A stretch of 61,121 nt of DNA, the filler included, from Sphacelaria rigidula (taxonomy: Eukaryota): NCBI GenBank assembly GCA_964200075.2. It is 8 parts of 8 records of this genome, joined end to end, with 100 filler letters (N's around TTAATTAATTAA, not from the genome) between each part and the next. Parts side by side here need not be neighbours in the genome. Positions count along the whole stretch, not along the records: positions 1 to 7,554 come from CAXNAA020014359.1; positions 7,655 to 15,207 come from CAXNAA020014360.1; 6 more parts are not named here. One strand, 5' to 3'. This document shows positions 1 to 12,506 of the stretch, piece by piece. Under the pieces are notes generated by a model, which saw only the letters and a list, made by a program, of their open reading frames with translations, made no database searches and was not told the DNA's origin. Both the position numbers and the translations under genes were made by a program. The stretch's first letter is position 1. Every line of letters begins with the position of its first letter.

Positions 1-99
1 AAAAAACGAGAAGGTATACCTTTTCTAGGCCATTGCCCTTATTTTTTTGTTACGACTTAGTCTGCTATATCGTTCTGTTCGACCCTCTGTTTTTTTTCT

Positions 100-215
100 G
101 TTCATTCTTTTTCTCAGAGCGTGTTTCAGTTTCGTTTTTGTTGGGTACGTCTATCATGAGACCACGGCTGGACCCCTGGGGGGTCAGTTAAAGTGCGACA
201 ATCAATCAATCGATC
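100..215 (+). repeat. Dispersed non-LTR retroelement 3' end with (AATC)n tail; other copies at 34912-35030 (-), 35630-35722 (+), 48019-48091 (-) and 51627-51750 (-)
   Basis: The core gagaccacggctggacccctggggggtcagttaaagtgcgacaatcaatc occurs five times, with a fixed 3' end and variable 5' truncation. Confidence 0.72.
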
Positions 216-222
216 AGATACA

Positions 223-598
223 CCGGTCGCCCCGGTGGCTCAGTTGGTAACCCCGAAACCCTGTGACGGTTGGGTCGTGGGTCGTGGCTTCGAATCTCTG
301 AGCGATCTGGGATGTTTTTCACATAATAATGCCCAACAATGGAGAGCGACTATATGTCATGGGCACACTGAATTCGACATAATGGTCGACGTTGGATAGG
401 GACTGCTGAACCCCACTCGCGATAAAAAATAAAGGCAAGCACAGCAGAAGGAAGGTGGGGTACAAAAACAAATAAGATATAAAAACTTTTGTGATGACCT
501 TACTCCCGTGTGACGCCGGCTGGTGCGCCCACATACACCGAACGGTGTACAGTAGACCGACGTCCAGAATAAATGGGATGGCAACACGGCAACACACA
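223..598 (+). mobile_element. tRNA-derived SINE, family 1, full-length copy
   Basis: Pol III A box TGGCTCAGTTGG and B-box-like GCTTCGAATC; the ~370-bp body is shared with other copies (gtcgac...gggactgctgaacccc, ccgaa(a)ggtgta, gggatggcaacac); CA-rich tail. Confidence 0.85.
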
Positions 599-2549
599 GA
601 GAGAGATAAATCTCCGGTACATGTAGTATGAACAACGTGATACATACACCATTGTCGCAAATGAAAAGGCTGCGATAAGGACAAAACCGCAATCAAAAAT
701 AGCTACATCATGCTACCGTGTCAAGAAAATAACCGTGGCCTTAAACGAGAGCTGCTAGCATACCCTCCGTGTATGTCTGAATAACCAGCATATTTCACGC
801 GGTGCAGCAGTGTTGCGCCGAAAGAAAAAAAAACTCACGATTCGGAAGAAACCCGCACACAAGAGTCATAGTATAAGACTTCAGGTGGAATCAGCCGCGA
901 AGCAGGTGTACTTCACACGACCGGGGAGCTCCCCACCAAGGAGTGCAGGTCCGACACACGACATCACTGCGAAGCTTGAAAGGAGGCAGGAGCGTCGGCG
1001 CTGGTTTATGGCTGAAAAGGTGACGTGTAAGTGACAAATTACCGCGTTGGATGCAAGAATACTATTGCTGTGCACCCTAAGCTGCGGAGACAAAGTTATG
1101 TCGATGTGTGGCGCCTACGCAGATCCAACCGGGCCTGCAGCACGGAGACGGTGTTGTCCATCATGTATAGATGCCATGAGAGAAAGAACGGCGTGAAATG
1201 GTTTAGTGCGTAATGTTCGCGACACGATGATCCGCAGGCACCCCTAGTGGTGAAGTTGTACCGCGTGAAGTTTGACAATTGCACGAGTTTCTTCATAAAT
1301 TCCAATATGAAAACTGCCATGCACCGCTGCACCCTTCGGTACCTACTGAACTATATTTGATGTACATGAAATATTTACTGTATCTGAAGTACAGTAATTG
1401 TGGTGCTGCACTTACTGTACCGTAAAATACTGCCTGCGAGTGTCAGTATACACCAAAGAGTTACGTGGCGTGTATCTTTGGTTGCAATGATGTACACTGT
1501 ACTGGACATTGACACCTTCAGTGCACGTTGATTGACCCACAGGGACAAGCGTTGCACCCCGACCCGCCTGTGTTATTTGCAGCGCCCGCGCCGTGCGGTC
1601 TGTAGAGGTGTACCATGATTGCTGCTAGCTGTAATGTCGGCCTAACCCTAAGCACGTGTGTAGTGGGCGACGCAACCACCGGGGCCCTGGCGCTAGACCA
1701 CATTGGTCAGGCAGCTAATATATGTCTTCATGACGGCTGTGCTCGTGATGGAAACGTAGTCTAAAGGGGTGGGGCATAATCTCAGCGTGTCCCGACGTCC
1801 ACCTTAACAACAGCCGATTGTAGAGAGGAGGTTGACCGCAAAAATGAGGCTCCAGCCCAAAAATGGTGCTTTCCCAACACTTGCGATGACTTGTTGTGTT
1901 GGCATCATGCCCCTCCATCGCACAGGTACTTATTCACAGCGGTTTACCGCGTCTGTGAGCTTTTATCGCTGGGCAAAACCCTCGCACACCCCTCATATAC
2001 CACCCCCTCCTAAGATATCAACAAAAAGTATGAATGGTTCGCTCAAAGGCGGAAGTTCACGGCGTCGGTAAAACGCTCCGATAAAGTATATACGCGAATA
2101 AGAACATGACGACAACCCGAACTGTCACTGCAAGTGTGGGGAGAACACTGTATTGGAGTTGAATACCGTGTTCGTGGAGACCTAATTGTATATAATTGCC
2201 TGTTTGATATTCTACGGGAGTGCCCCTGCGCGCGGAGCACGCCAGTAACCAACGATGGTTCAAGTCCTATGTTATCCTCACGCTGCTGTTCTCAGGCGCA
2301 AACACGTCGCCTCGATTATCCCCCGATGAATGACTTGGTTCCTGTGTCGTGAATGTGTGGGTTATGGCAGATATCATACACGCTGAGTGCTATAACTGAA
2401 GGTCCTTATGGAGGGCACATGACATCTCGCCACGATGCCAGAGTCGGGTTAGCTGACAAGGTGGTGACACGGTGATGCTCATTACTACAAAATACGACCG
2501 TCTCGGACTTGCGAGTTGGGACAGCCAAGAAGCGAACTTGTACTTTGCA

Positions 2550-2821
2550 GGCCCATTAACCGGTCAATATTTAGAATTGGACCCTGATGTTTGGTATGGA
2601 CAATGAATACGGCATGATAAAAACAAACACCAGTGCGTACCATTCTTTTGTGTTCCTGCTTCATGGGTGAAGATCATTGTACTGAGACCTGACAACTGAT
2701 TATTGCCCTTAACTCATGGAAAAATAACTTGTGTGGACTAGTATCCGCTTCTATTATGCCCCATGCATTGTCCATACCAAATTTCAGGGTCCAACTCTAA
2801 ATATTGGCCGGTTAATTGGCC
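2550..2821. repeat. ~71-bp imperfect inverted repeat (2550-2620 / 2751-2821), MITE-like
   Basis: ggcccattaaccggtcaatatttagaattggaccctgatgtttggtatggacaatg has a near-reverse-complement 130 bp downstream. Confidence 0.7.
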
Positions 2822-2979
2822 GTGTAGTGACGGGGTCGGTCGGTAGAAATGCGGCATAGTATTTTGCAGGCCACTTACCGGCCCACGTTTGGTGTTTGAG
2901 TGTTGAAATTTTGTGTGGGCCCTCGCTAGGGCATAATTAACGAAACAAAGTGGGTCCGGTTGTTGTTTTCTTCGCACAG

Positions 2980-3280
2980 GTGCAACCGCAACTGCAAATG
3001 CGCTGAGCTTGGGAAATATTGTCATCCCATACTGTGTGGGTGCAAGGGGCGGTGTAATCCGGCTGTCGACGCGCAAAGCGTACCGGTTGGCGAAGGGTTG
3101 CAATTGGTGATGGCGAATGAAGTGGATCCTCGGGGTGACAGCGGCGACGAAGCAGAGATGACCTCGGATGAAGACTGTGAGTGCCGTAGCAGCACGTCAT
3201 CGGAGGAGTCATTTGCTTCGTACGGGGACACGGGCGAGCACGTATTGGAATTGTACGTGGACCGGATGAACGATGTGTAG
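2980..3280 (+). CDS. Exon with a related Cys cluster and acidic tail (probable transposon-gene remnant)
   Basis: Acceptor ttttcttcgcacag|; CNRNCKCAELGKYCHPILCGCKGRC aligns with the 37760-37830 cluster; followed by DSGDEAEMTSDED. Confidence 0.5.
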
Positions 3281-6200
3281 GAGAGTGGTCAACGCACAGG
3301 TATGATACAAAGAGATTCGGCGAAGCAGGTTCGCGTCAACAATCATGAATCTCTGTCCCCCCTCGTTTATAATGATCCCCAGGCCCGTGCAACGACCGCA
3401 ATCCCGGAGAATTCTTCTTCCGTTTGGTATGAAGTTAGATGAATGGGGCTGCGGTGGGGTTGCACTAATTTTCATGTTGTAATCTGTGATTTTGTGAGAT
3501 CAGGGGAGCACAATGTGGCTGTCGTGCATGGTATTGGAATCTGGCTGTCGAAAGGAACACGACTCTGGCTTGCTGACCCTTTCTGCGTCTATCCATCACC
3601 GTGTGCGCTACATTCCGGCTCAGGTGCACCGACAGCGGCGAACCCAGACTTTGAGGCCGCCAGGAGTTGTATCGCGGATGGATGGAGATCATGTACACCG
3701 CAGGATGTAGTGTGGTCTCATGGAAGGATCGGTTGTCCTTCACATTATGCGCTCGACATCTCCGTGCTATATATGCTGATGTGCCCGCGACGGCGGCGGT
3801 GGAGGGGTCAGCGGGCGCGATATCCGATCAGCTTTTTTCCCATAGGAAGTCCTACGATTTGTTGGGTATCAAACGGCGCCGGCGCATCGTGCATATCGAT
3901 GTAGGCGGTCGGCATTTTCTCGCACGGGTTTTCGGCCTGAACTCCCCGCCGCTGCGAGGGATACAGTGGTCAAACCATCAAGTTATCGAGTGTTGAGGGC
4001 AGGTGTTTTTCCTGCTGACATTGCGCGTTCTGAAAGGGACACCGGTACTTGTGCAGGCTCCTCCAATATGTTACTCCCTGGAAATGGTAGAAACATCCGG
4101 CGCTAGATTGCGAGAGTCATGTGTTCTCCTTCCCCAGAAAAACTTACCGTTGACGTGACCTCTTGCGATGTCGTATCACAGGATTTTTTCGGCTTCATTT
4201 TGTCTTTGAAGTGGTTTTCGGGGATGTATGCAGTGAAGGCCCCGCACGTGAGGGGGCTGGTATCACCCGGAAAAAATACGTTATGACTGTTTTTCGCCGG
4301 CGTTGGTCTATATACGTACTTTCGTTATAGCGGAACTGTAATATCCGACAAATGTTATATTTCGTTCTCCACAAAATCCGCCGAAAGTCCTACTGTTAAG
4401 TCTTAACCCCAAGGGTGTCAAAGATTTATGTGGTTGGCTGTTGGCATTTTGCTGTCGATTTTCAGCTGCCGCGAGGGTTGGGCGGATGTTGACACCTAGG
4501 AACGACAAGCTTTTTCCGTCGACAGCCTTGAACAGGACCTTGGTAGCCCCCACAACACTTTGTGGCCAAACCCGCACTCTCCATCACAAGGGCGGTCGCG
4601 TAGCAAGAAAAATGTTACCCGAGCACCTTCGCGTTTCGTGTACGCGACCGTTTCGTTTACGGCCGAAGTCGCAATGCCAATAACAAGCCATCAAGTTGTT
4701 GCAAACAAATTCGTTTTTTTTGCTTCATGGATTTTATTGAGTCGACCGCTTCTTGCTGAGATAACAAATTCGGGCACGACTACAACCGTTACATAACCCT
4801 GAAACGGAAAAATCGCTGCGGAATGGTATCAGCGAAGGGATACGATCGTTCCAAGGTGTCAACCTCGGTCTAAACCTCATGTTCGGGATAATTAGTCATA
4901 GGAGGACCAAACACGTGGTTTCCACCGAGACACTTTCTTACACGCGATACGTGGCCAAACAGAGATATTTTCCGTGCGTACAACAAAGAAATACGAAAAA
5001 AGGCGTACGTTAAACCTGACCTTTGTGACGGCATCGACATGATATTTCGCGTCCACATACACCCACACTGGGGTACAGTTTCGCGTCTGCGCGATACCAC
5101 AGACCGCAGTACGTCTTGCTGTACCCACCATTAGAACGAGAAACTATCGGAGGGTGAGCCATCAAGACCCGACGCGTTCACGGCCCCTGCACTTGTTGCC
5201 ATCGTACTGAGTGGCGGGTGGCCGAAGGGGCGCAAATAGGACGGCGGTAACTCACCGCATCTGTGATGTGCGGCGTAACCGCATATCATGTCGTATCTTT
5301 CCGCGGTTCAGTACTGCATTTTTCATTTTTGAAGCGTTACTTTGTTGATGGATTTCTGCATCGTGTCGACACCACCCGTTAAACGTGGCTCAGAGGTAGA
5401 ACACAACACAAACAGCATAATATACGCTATTCGGCGGCACGTGAACGGGAGTGCGGATTGAACACAGCGCGAACACGGATTGTGGGTTATGCCGTCCATG
5501 CGCCTTGAAAACGGCGTCTCTGTAATCCAGACTGCGTGAGACATCGCTGGATGCATGTGCTGACACGCGGATGCGGATGCGCTCACTTCCACGTCATGAT
5601 CTACTACGCAGCTTCTGCGCCGTCAAACAAACATCGATCCAAGATCGATCTGCACTGGCATACATCATGGATCATGACATTCCGTGCGGTACAAATCTTC
5701 ATATTGTCTGTAGAGGCGCTCAATTTAAGAGGCACGGCCATGCACGCGCTGTCAGCACTTTTACGCACTTAAACTTCGCCCACGTGTTATGTAGACTACA
5801 GGCAACAACGTCATGTTGCTCAATCCGGGGTTGCGTTTTGCGTGCGTGCGTATGGGGGCGAAAAGATGCCGGATTCTGTTCCGAATCGTGGTTTTTTTCC
5901 TTTTGGCGCAACACTGACAACAGTGTGAGTATTGTTTGTGCCTTCATTGCCAGCTGTTTGGAAGTATTGGCTATCACTTTGTGCATTTCGATGGACATGA
6001 TTGAGTCGTAATTATTGAAAAAGGTAGAGATGATTTTTTCCATCGTTCGAAGCCAACATCATCGTGGTGTTATATGTTTCATAGAGTCTTTTGACGCCAC
6101 CATGTACTGTATATTATTTCTTGGGGGCGGTAAACAACGTGACACTAATTCGAGACGCATCACTTGGAGGCACGGAATGACTATCATAAAGATCGTTTAA

Positions 6201-7554
6201 GGGCCACGTCCCCCGCACCGTCACCGACACGGATAACAGAAGACAAACCATATATAGCGCGCACGCGGGTCGGTATGGCGACTTCAGCGGGGAGGGCACT
6301 CTTTCTGCGTGCTCCAAGGAACCATGCATTTCTCTCCTGCAGGGTACGGGCGGCGGCAGGCATTAGCAGTGTCGCAGCTAATCGTCGCAGTAGCACGGCA
6401 TCAAATTCAGCTGAATCAATAGCAGTTACCCAACCAAGGCCGGCACTGTTGTCCTCTGGCTTGGTGCGAAGAGGGAGTCATGGTAGCAGGCGGCAGGGTA
6501 GGATTTCGGGGCTCACTGCCGATGCCAAGAGTGGCGCAAGGTGGTTGACCTCTGGCGTGGTGAGTTTGTTAGACGCAGTACGGAATAGCTTACGATATTC
6601 GTTACGCGTTTCGGTGACAGCAATCGATAATCCGCTCTTTCCCGTGATGCGGTCACATCTTACCGCCGGTACAACACTTCCACTACTAAAATAAAATACC
6701 GTCATATTCGATGTAAACTGCAGATCTTGCCTGCAGTTACTCTCACCTCCCCTCTGCAGCGCTTCGGTAGTTGGCGTATATACTCATCGCTGATTGCACC
6801 CTGTGGAGTATTGATGCGAGAGTAATGTGCAGCGTAGGATTTCCCCCGTCTAACAGAGACAGCTTCTGTCCGTAAAATTCGCGACGCAAAAGACATGCCC
6901 CAATTAATGCTGGTCGCAGATTCCGCCTTTCAAGCACGAGTAAGCAGTTTTGAGGACTGGAACAGTGCACTTCTTTCGCACTATGTGATCCTCCATTATC
7001 ATGCTGGATTTGGGTAGCATGCCGCACCAATTAGATTCTCGTCGGGGGTCGCTGCTGTAGATGATGGAGTGGACGACCCAGTGTAATTTCGTGCTGCTTA
7101 ACTTGAGCCTTTGAAACATTTTCTTGCAGTCACGATCGCGATCGCTTTGTGCTGTAGGAGCTGGTGCAGGTGTGTATCGTCTATCACACTGGAGACTACA
7201 ATATACAATAGTGCACTACAGTTCGTGCGCAGCTAAGCTGATTGATTTCATTAGGACCCGTTACTATCGACACTGTTCGGAGATTTCCGAATTTCTGGGT
7301 ACTAATGGCTCTCGAACATTTGCGAGCGCCACGACGTACACACAGAGCAGCTATCCCGGGTGCTGGGTTGCAGAACGTTGCAGTCCGAATTGTTCGTATT
7401 TCTCCAAAAATGAAGCTTCGGAGAAGGGCAATATACAAAAAAGGGTACACCCTGGTGCTTTCGGAGCAAAAAAAGGGGTAGCGCATTTCTCGTTTTGGGG
7501 CGCGGCGCTGTACGCTGGCTGAACACCTCGAAAACACGTTCCAGCGCCCCAGCC

Positions 7555-7654
7555 NNNNNNNNNNNNNNNNNNNNNNNNNNNNNNNNNNNNNNNNNNNNTT
7601 AATTAATTAANNNNNNNNNNNNNNNNNNNNNNNNNNNNNNNNNNNNNNNNNNNN
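7555..7654. other. Artificial contig linker (N44-TTAATTAATTAA-N44); identical linkers at 15208-15307, 22861-22960, 30514-30613, 38167-38266, 45819-45918 and 53471-53570
   Basis: Seven identical 100-bp spacers carry a six-frame stop 12-mer and separate segments of non-increasing length (7554 down to 7551 bp). Confidence 0.98.
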
Positions 7655-8444
7655 CACACGCGTGGATGGTCCGGGCGGGTGTCCTGGGGGAGAAACCTAC
7701 GTTGCCCTACCCCACCCACCCCCCCCCCCCCCCCCGATACGTGTGTGTAACAATCAAATGAAAATAGGACAAAAAATATAAATGAAGCTATAGAAAAAAA
7801 TAAGGATGAAAAGTAATTGACGAAAACGCTTATAAAGAAATAGGGCAAATAAAAAAAAATATGTGAAAATAAATGAAACAAAAAATAAAGATGAAATTAC
7901 AACCAATAAGCTGGTAAATCCATGGTAAATAAATGAAGCAAAGAGCAAGGCTCACTTCGTCATGGCCTTCTGAGCTTAGTCACGTTTACCACGCTATCCA
8001 GTCATATCACGGTAATGCACGGTAAAATTTGGATGGTATCTGATTACCCTGGTACTCATCGGTAAATGAACTATTATAGCCACGTTGAGGAGATTATCTT
8101 TGAACATGAGTTCACTGTTTCCCATACTCTATTATTTGGAACATGATTACGCTCGCGACCTCCGTCAATATATTTTTGGAATAGGTTCCTGTCTGCCGTT
8201 CCTTCAAAAGGTATGTGCGAAAGCACCTTTATGCATCGATTTGGGGGTGAGAAAAGGGACGCTTCAAAGCCTGAAAATGGTGCTTTCGAATATACCCCTT
8301 TCGGGGGGAAACGAAGACGACAATGCCCCAAAATATATATTCACGGAGATCGGGGGTCATGGGATCATCCCATATATAAATGCACCCCCGACAAATAATT
8401 ATGAAAAGAGCTGCTGCCTGGTGTACCCAGCCGCGCAGAGAATC

Positions 8445-8920
8445 AAACGACAAACCTGTCGGGTAACGGTTCGAAAGTCTTCCAGAAATTACAGAACTTG
8501 TCGGGTGGGGTGTGGGAGGCTTACATAAAACCGTACCGGCAATCATCGCGTGTTTGTCAAGGGCATACCCGTGCTCCGGGTACGTGTATACATTTTGTAC
8601 ATAACTGACATAACTGTCGGGTAAAGGTATGGGAAGCTTACAGAACTCACATAAACTGTCGAATAGGGTATGTATGGAGGTTGCACGAAAAGCGTACTCG
8701 CAACCGGGTATCTTGCCAACCAGAGCATACCCGTGCCCACCGGTAACGGTGCGGGAGGCTTGCAGAACTCACAGAACTATCAGGTAAGGGTATGGAAGTC
8801 GTTCAGAGGTTACTGAACTGTCGGGTACCGGTATGAAAGTCTCACAGAAGCTACAGAACTGTCGGGTACGATAAATACCAGGGAACATACCCCTGGTACA
8901 CAGAAATCCGTACCCTGCAA
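8445..8920 (+). repeat. Dispersed degenerate repeat built from (t/a)cagaactgtcgggta motifs; inverted copy at 15490-15790
   Basis: Repeated cagaact.../gtcgggta.../tacccgt motifs on two different contigs. Confidence 0.75.
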
Positions 8921-9292
8921 AAAACAACCTTGATATTTTTGTTCACTAGCAACGCGCATAATAATAAGAAGGGAGAGAGCATGTTTTGTATGGACAGAAA
9001 ATTAGACCAGGATAAACCGTCGCCGGTGCCCCCCGTTGCACTATCAACTTGGGCGGGATTGCGTGCATGACAAACCATTGCCGCGCTCCCCTCAGTGCAC
9101 TACCAACGTGGTCGAGATCGCTTCCAAACCATTGCGATGCCCTTTGCAACCGCCAATTTTGCTTCGGAAAACAAACATATGGGCACTTTCCGCGCACTTT
9201 TCCGGGGCTTCCTCCTCCTCGACGAAAATAGCACATGTCGGACGAGTCATCACCCGTCGGAACGAGTGCATTCGTTGATGTTTTCTGAAAAC

Positions 9293-9531
9293 ACAACGAG
9301 CAGGACTCGGGTACTCGCCCTCTTGATTTCTCCACAACGAGCAATTACTCGAGTACGTGCCGTATTGATCTTTCCACAACGAGCAATGACTCGAGTACTC
9401 GCCGAATTAATTGTTCCACAACGAGCAATAACTCAAGTACTCGCCGTATTAACTCTTTTTTCCAAAACAAGCGATGACTCGAGTACTCGCCCCATTGACT
9501 TTCCCACGACGAGCGATGACTCGAGTGCTCG
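9293..9531 (+). repeat. Tandem 41-46-bp repeat, about six units; two more units at 10265-10335
   Basis: Unit acaacgagcaatgactcgagtactcgccNNNttgaNNtttcc. Confidence 0.85.
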
Positions 9532-10392
9532 AGGACCTCCAAAACTAGCCAACGAGCAGCCTAAAGAGTGCGAGTGCCACGAATCATACGCGGTCGTCCG
9601 ACGTGTGAAGAAGTCATCAGCAATGCCCCGCTCATGCGGCACCGCCACCAACCTGACGCTCAACAATGTCTCATCATATGGGCGGAGCCGCACTAGCGAA
9701 TGCATGGAGCATGCGGTGGTGCGGAGCACTGTACAAGCAGAAAAGCTCCAGCCTTCTTGCTGTACTGTTGACGGCTGCCGCTTTTCTGCTTGTACAGTAC
9801 TCCGCACCACCGCAGACTCCCTGTATTCGCTAGTGCTGCTCTGCCTACTGTCGGCATTGCTGATGACTTCTTACAGATATATTCGCAGTTCACAACAGGT
9901 GCGCATTTCACTGTCTAGCAACCACTCGTACCTACTGCCCGCACGGTTCAGCTTATTTGATCGGAACAATATGGGGGCATGCGCTATGTCGATGTTGTTC
10001 CCTTTGGTATATCTTGTACACGCACAAGATGCCTTGCACATGCGCCAGGTTTTCTGGCGCGAACGTGAAGGCACCACAGTCTAAAAAACCATCCAGCTTG
10101 TACATTTTGTGCGACGTTGGATACCACCCCGATCCGATTTGAAGCTCGACGCTTGTACATCTGCAGATATGCATATGGGCTTGAAGATTATAGGTTCAAG
10201 ATCTACGAGGAGCTTCGTCATAATTGTTTGCTCGTCGGATTGCTGACTTGTCGACTCAAGTCGTTCACGACGAGCAATGACTGGAGTGCTCGTCCTCTTG
10301 ATTTTTCCACAACAAGCGATGACTCTATGATAGTACTGGTCCCAGGGGGCAGCGAAAAAAATCAGGACACGTAGGCCCAAGATCGAAAATTC

Positions 10393-10725
10393 CAGGGAGG
10401 AATACGTGATACGTGACACAGCGTGACACGTGACGTGAACGTGACATTTTGGGCGTCACGTCACGTTCACGTTAAATTTTTCAAGGTGATTAACGTCACG
10501 TTCACGTCACGTTAAATGTCACGAATGTGACACGCGTCACGTGTCACGTCACGTTCAATTGCCCAAACGTTCATATCACGTATTATGTGACGTGACATAT
10601 CACGTGTCACGTATAATATGCGTGACACGTGAACTATACGTGACACGTGACATGAAACGTCACATATTACGTTACGCGTTACATAATACGTCATAAACAC
10701 GTTACATGAAGCGGTGAACACTTCA
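10393..10725 (+). repeat. ACGT-rich terminal segment related to the 53743-55325 element
   Basis: Dozens of cacgtg/tgacgt motifs; 10655-10725 aligns with 54050-54108 (cattacg...cgttacat...acgtcata...cacgt...catgaa); starts CAGGG. Confidence 0.7.
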
Positions 10726-11150
10726 ACTCTGCAATGAAATTTAGAATCCTAGAAGATTAAAGATTGTGCTTCAAGATACACGTGTGAGTTTGAATGACCA
10801 CGGTATAGAACATACTCTGGCGGCAAGTTCGCGCTCTGCCGCTCTGTTCCACAGCTGACATTACAAGTCACCATTGCGGCACAGCACCACAACATCATAA
10901 TCATCTCGACCATTTTCATATCTATTATTGTTGGCTGGCCCAGCTCGTATTATAAGAAACTCCTGTGGTGACCAAAAATGCTGCTGCGTAGTCTGTGCGT
11001 GTCAGTACGACAACATGTTCCATTCCGCCTACACTCCATCTGTGTTCGACGCACACATCATACATCGGAAAGTGTACACATGTCGTATGGTCTGTGCTGT
11101 CGTTTATGTGACGTTGATATTCAGAGCGCACCAGAGCACCTACTGTACTT

Positions 11151-11492
11151 GCCGGTCGCCCCAGTGGCTCAGTTGGTAACCTCGAAACCTTCTGACGGTT
11201 GTGTCGTAGGTTCATATCTCGGAGCGATCTGGGATTTCCTCACACCATGCCCAACGAATAGTAGAAAGCAACAATGTCGTGGGTACACAAAATTCGACTC
11301 AACCGTCGACGAGGGAAAGAGACTGCTAAATCCCTCTGTCGATAAAAGAAAAATAAGGGAACACCGCAGCAGGAAGGTGGAGACCTAAAAAAAAAAAATC
11401 CTGTGTTGACCTTCCTCCTGTGTGACTCCGGCTGATGCGCCCACATATTTTACCGAAAGGTGTAGACCGGCGTCTAGAATAGAAGGGACGGC

Positions 11493-11538
<46 letters not shown>
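11151..11538 (+). mobile_element. SINE family 1, full-length copy with (CA)n tail
   Basis: Starts gccggtcgccccagtggctcagttggtaacctcg, is colinear with the 223-598 copy, and ends in (CA)~22 at 11495-11538. Confidence 0.88.
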
Positions 11539-11540
<2 letters not shown>

Positions 11541-12506
11541 AGGGCTACAGTGACGCCTCGCGGCCTTGATCTACCATCAAAAAAGTGATTTGGGAAGCAA
11601 AGCTATAGAGGGCAGTCTGGTTTGGCCGTGGCATGGGCGAACACGCCTACTACAGTAGTTACAGAGTGGTGCCCCCACCACGCTTTGCAGCATTGCCCAG
11701 CAGGTGCGACGGATAATCAATATACAACCAGTACAGACAAAAGTCAACAGCGGTGAACAGGATCAAAACTTGCCCGGCTATCAAGCAAGTAGCGTACTGT
11801 GCCCCCCCACCCGGCTACTACTGTACAGTCCAGTACATGGCGATTTGGACAACAAGTCAGATGAATATCACCATCAACAAGAGTTGTGTGGGCTTCTCAG
11901 TAAAATTAAAACCTGACGGACACTTGCCTTACTTGCAGGTTACCTAGCAATTCTGATCCTTCTACTCTCTGTATTCATAGTCTTGGATGGTAAGCGTATG
12001 GAATGGCCGTGTGTGCCTATTAAGAAGTACAGTATAATCACGAAGCAAAAGGCGGGAAAGGACGTCGTACCTTGTAGGTGAAGAGTGTGGGGTCGTTCAA
12101 TCAGTTCCTACAATAGCATGCTCCGGCCTGGCTGGTATACGCGAAATCATGTACAGGAACGCTTGAGCTCAAATGTAAAGTAGCCGACAGACCGTACAGT
12201 AGTGCCGAGCGCAGAACAGCTTCCGTGCAACAGCACATCCGCATAGTACTAAGTAGTAGTGGTGATGGGGTTGACAAAAACACATGGCGGAAGGGAGGCC
12301 AACCATCGGCATTTGTAGCCCAACGCCGGTCAACCGTTAGAGGCGGGCGATAAGAGTAGACCATCTGTTGTGTCGACATCAGTTTCACTCAAAGTGTATG
12401 AGTCTAGCAGCCATACTCTTTGGTTTCACTTGAAAATATAGTACATGATCCAGACGGACTACCCTTGCGGTCTAATAAGGGTTACCTCTATATTCAGTGG
12501 CACCCT

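Noticed and set aside
7599..7610. TTAATTAATTAA as a periodic biological motif
   Set aside because: It is a synthetic six-frame stop linker inside N runs.
9293..9531. CRISPR-like array
   Set aside because: The inter-core segments are short and similar to each other rather than unique spacers; there are no cas genes and the context is eukaryotic.
9095..10084. 329-aa ORF
   Set aside because: It reads through a tandem repeat and a hairpin, has no ATG start and contains no recognisable domain.
11405..11495. Hammerhead or HDV-like ribozyme in the SINE tail (ctgatg...gaaa)
   Set aside because: The core reads CTGATGCG, not CUGAUGA; GAAA closes a simple tetraloop, and I could not build the required helices.
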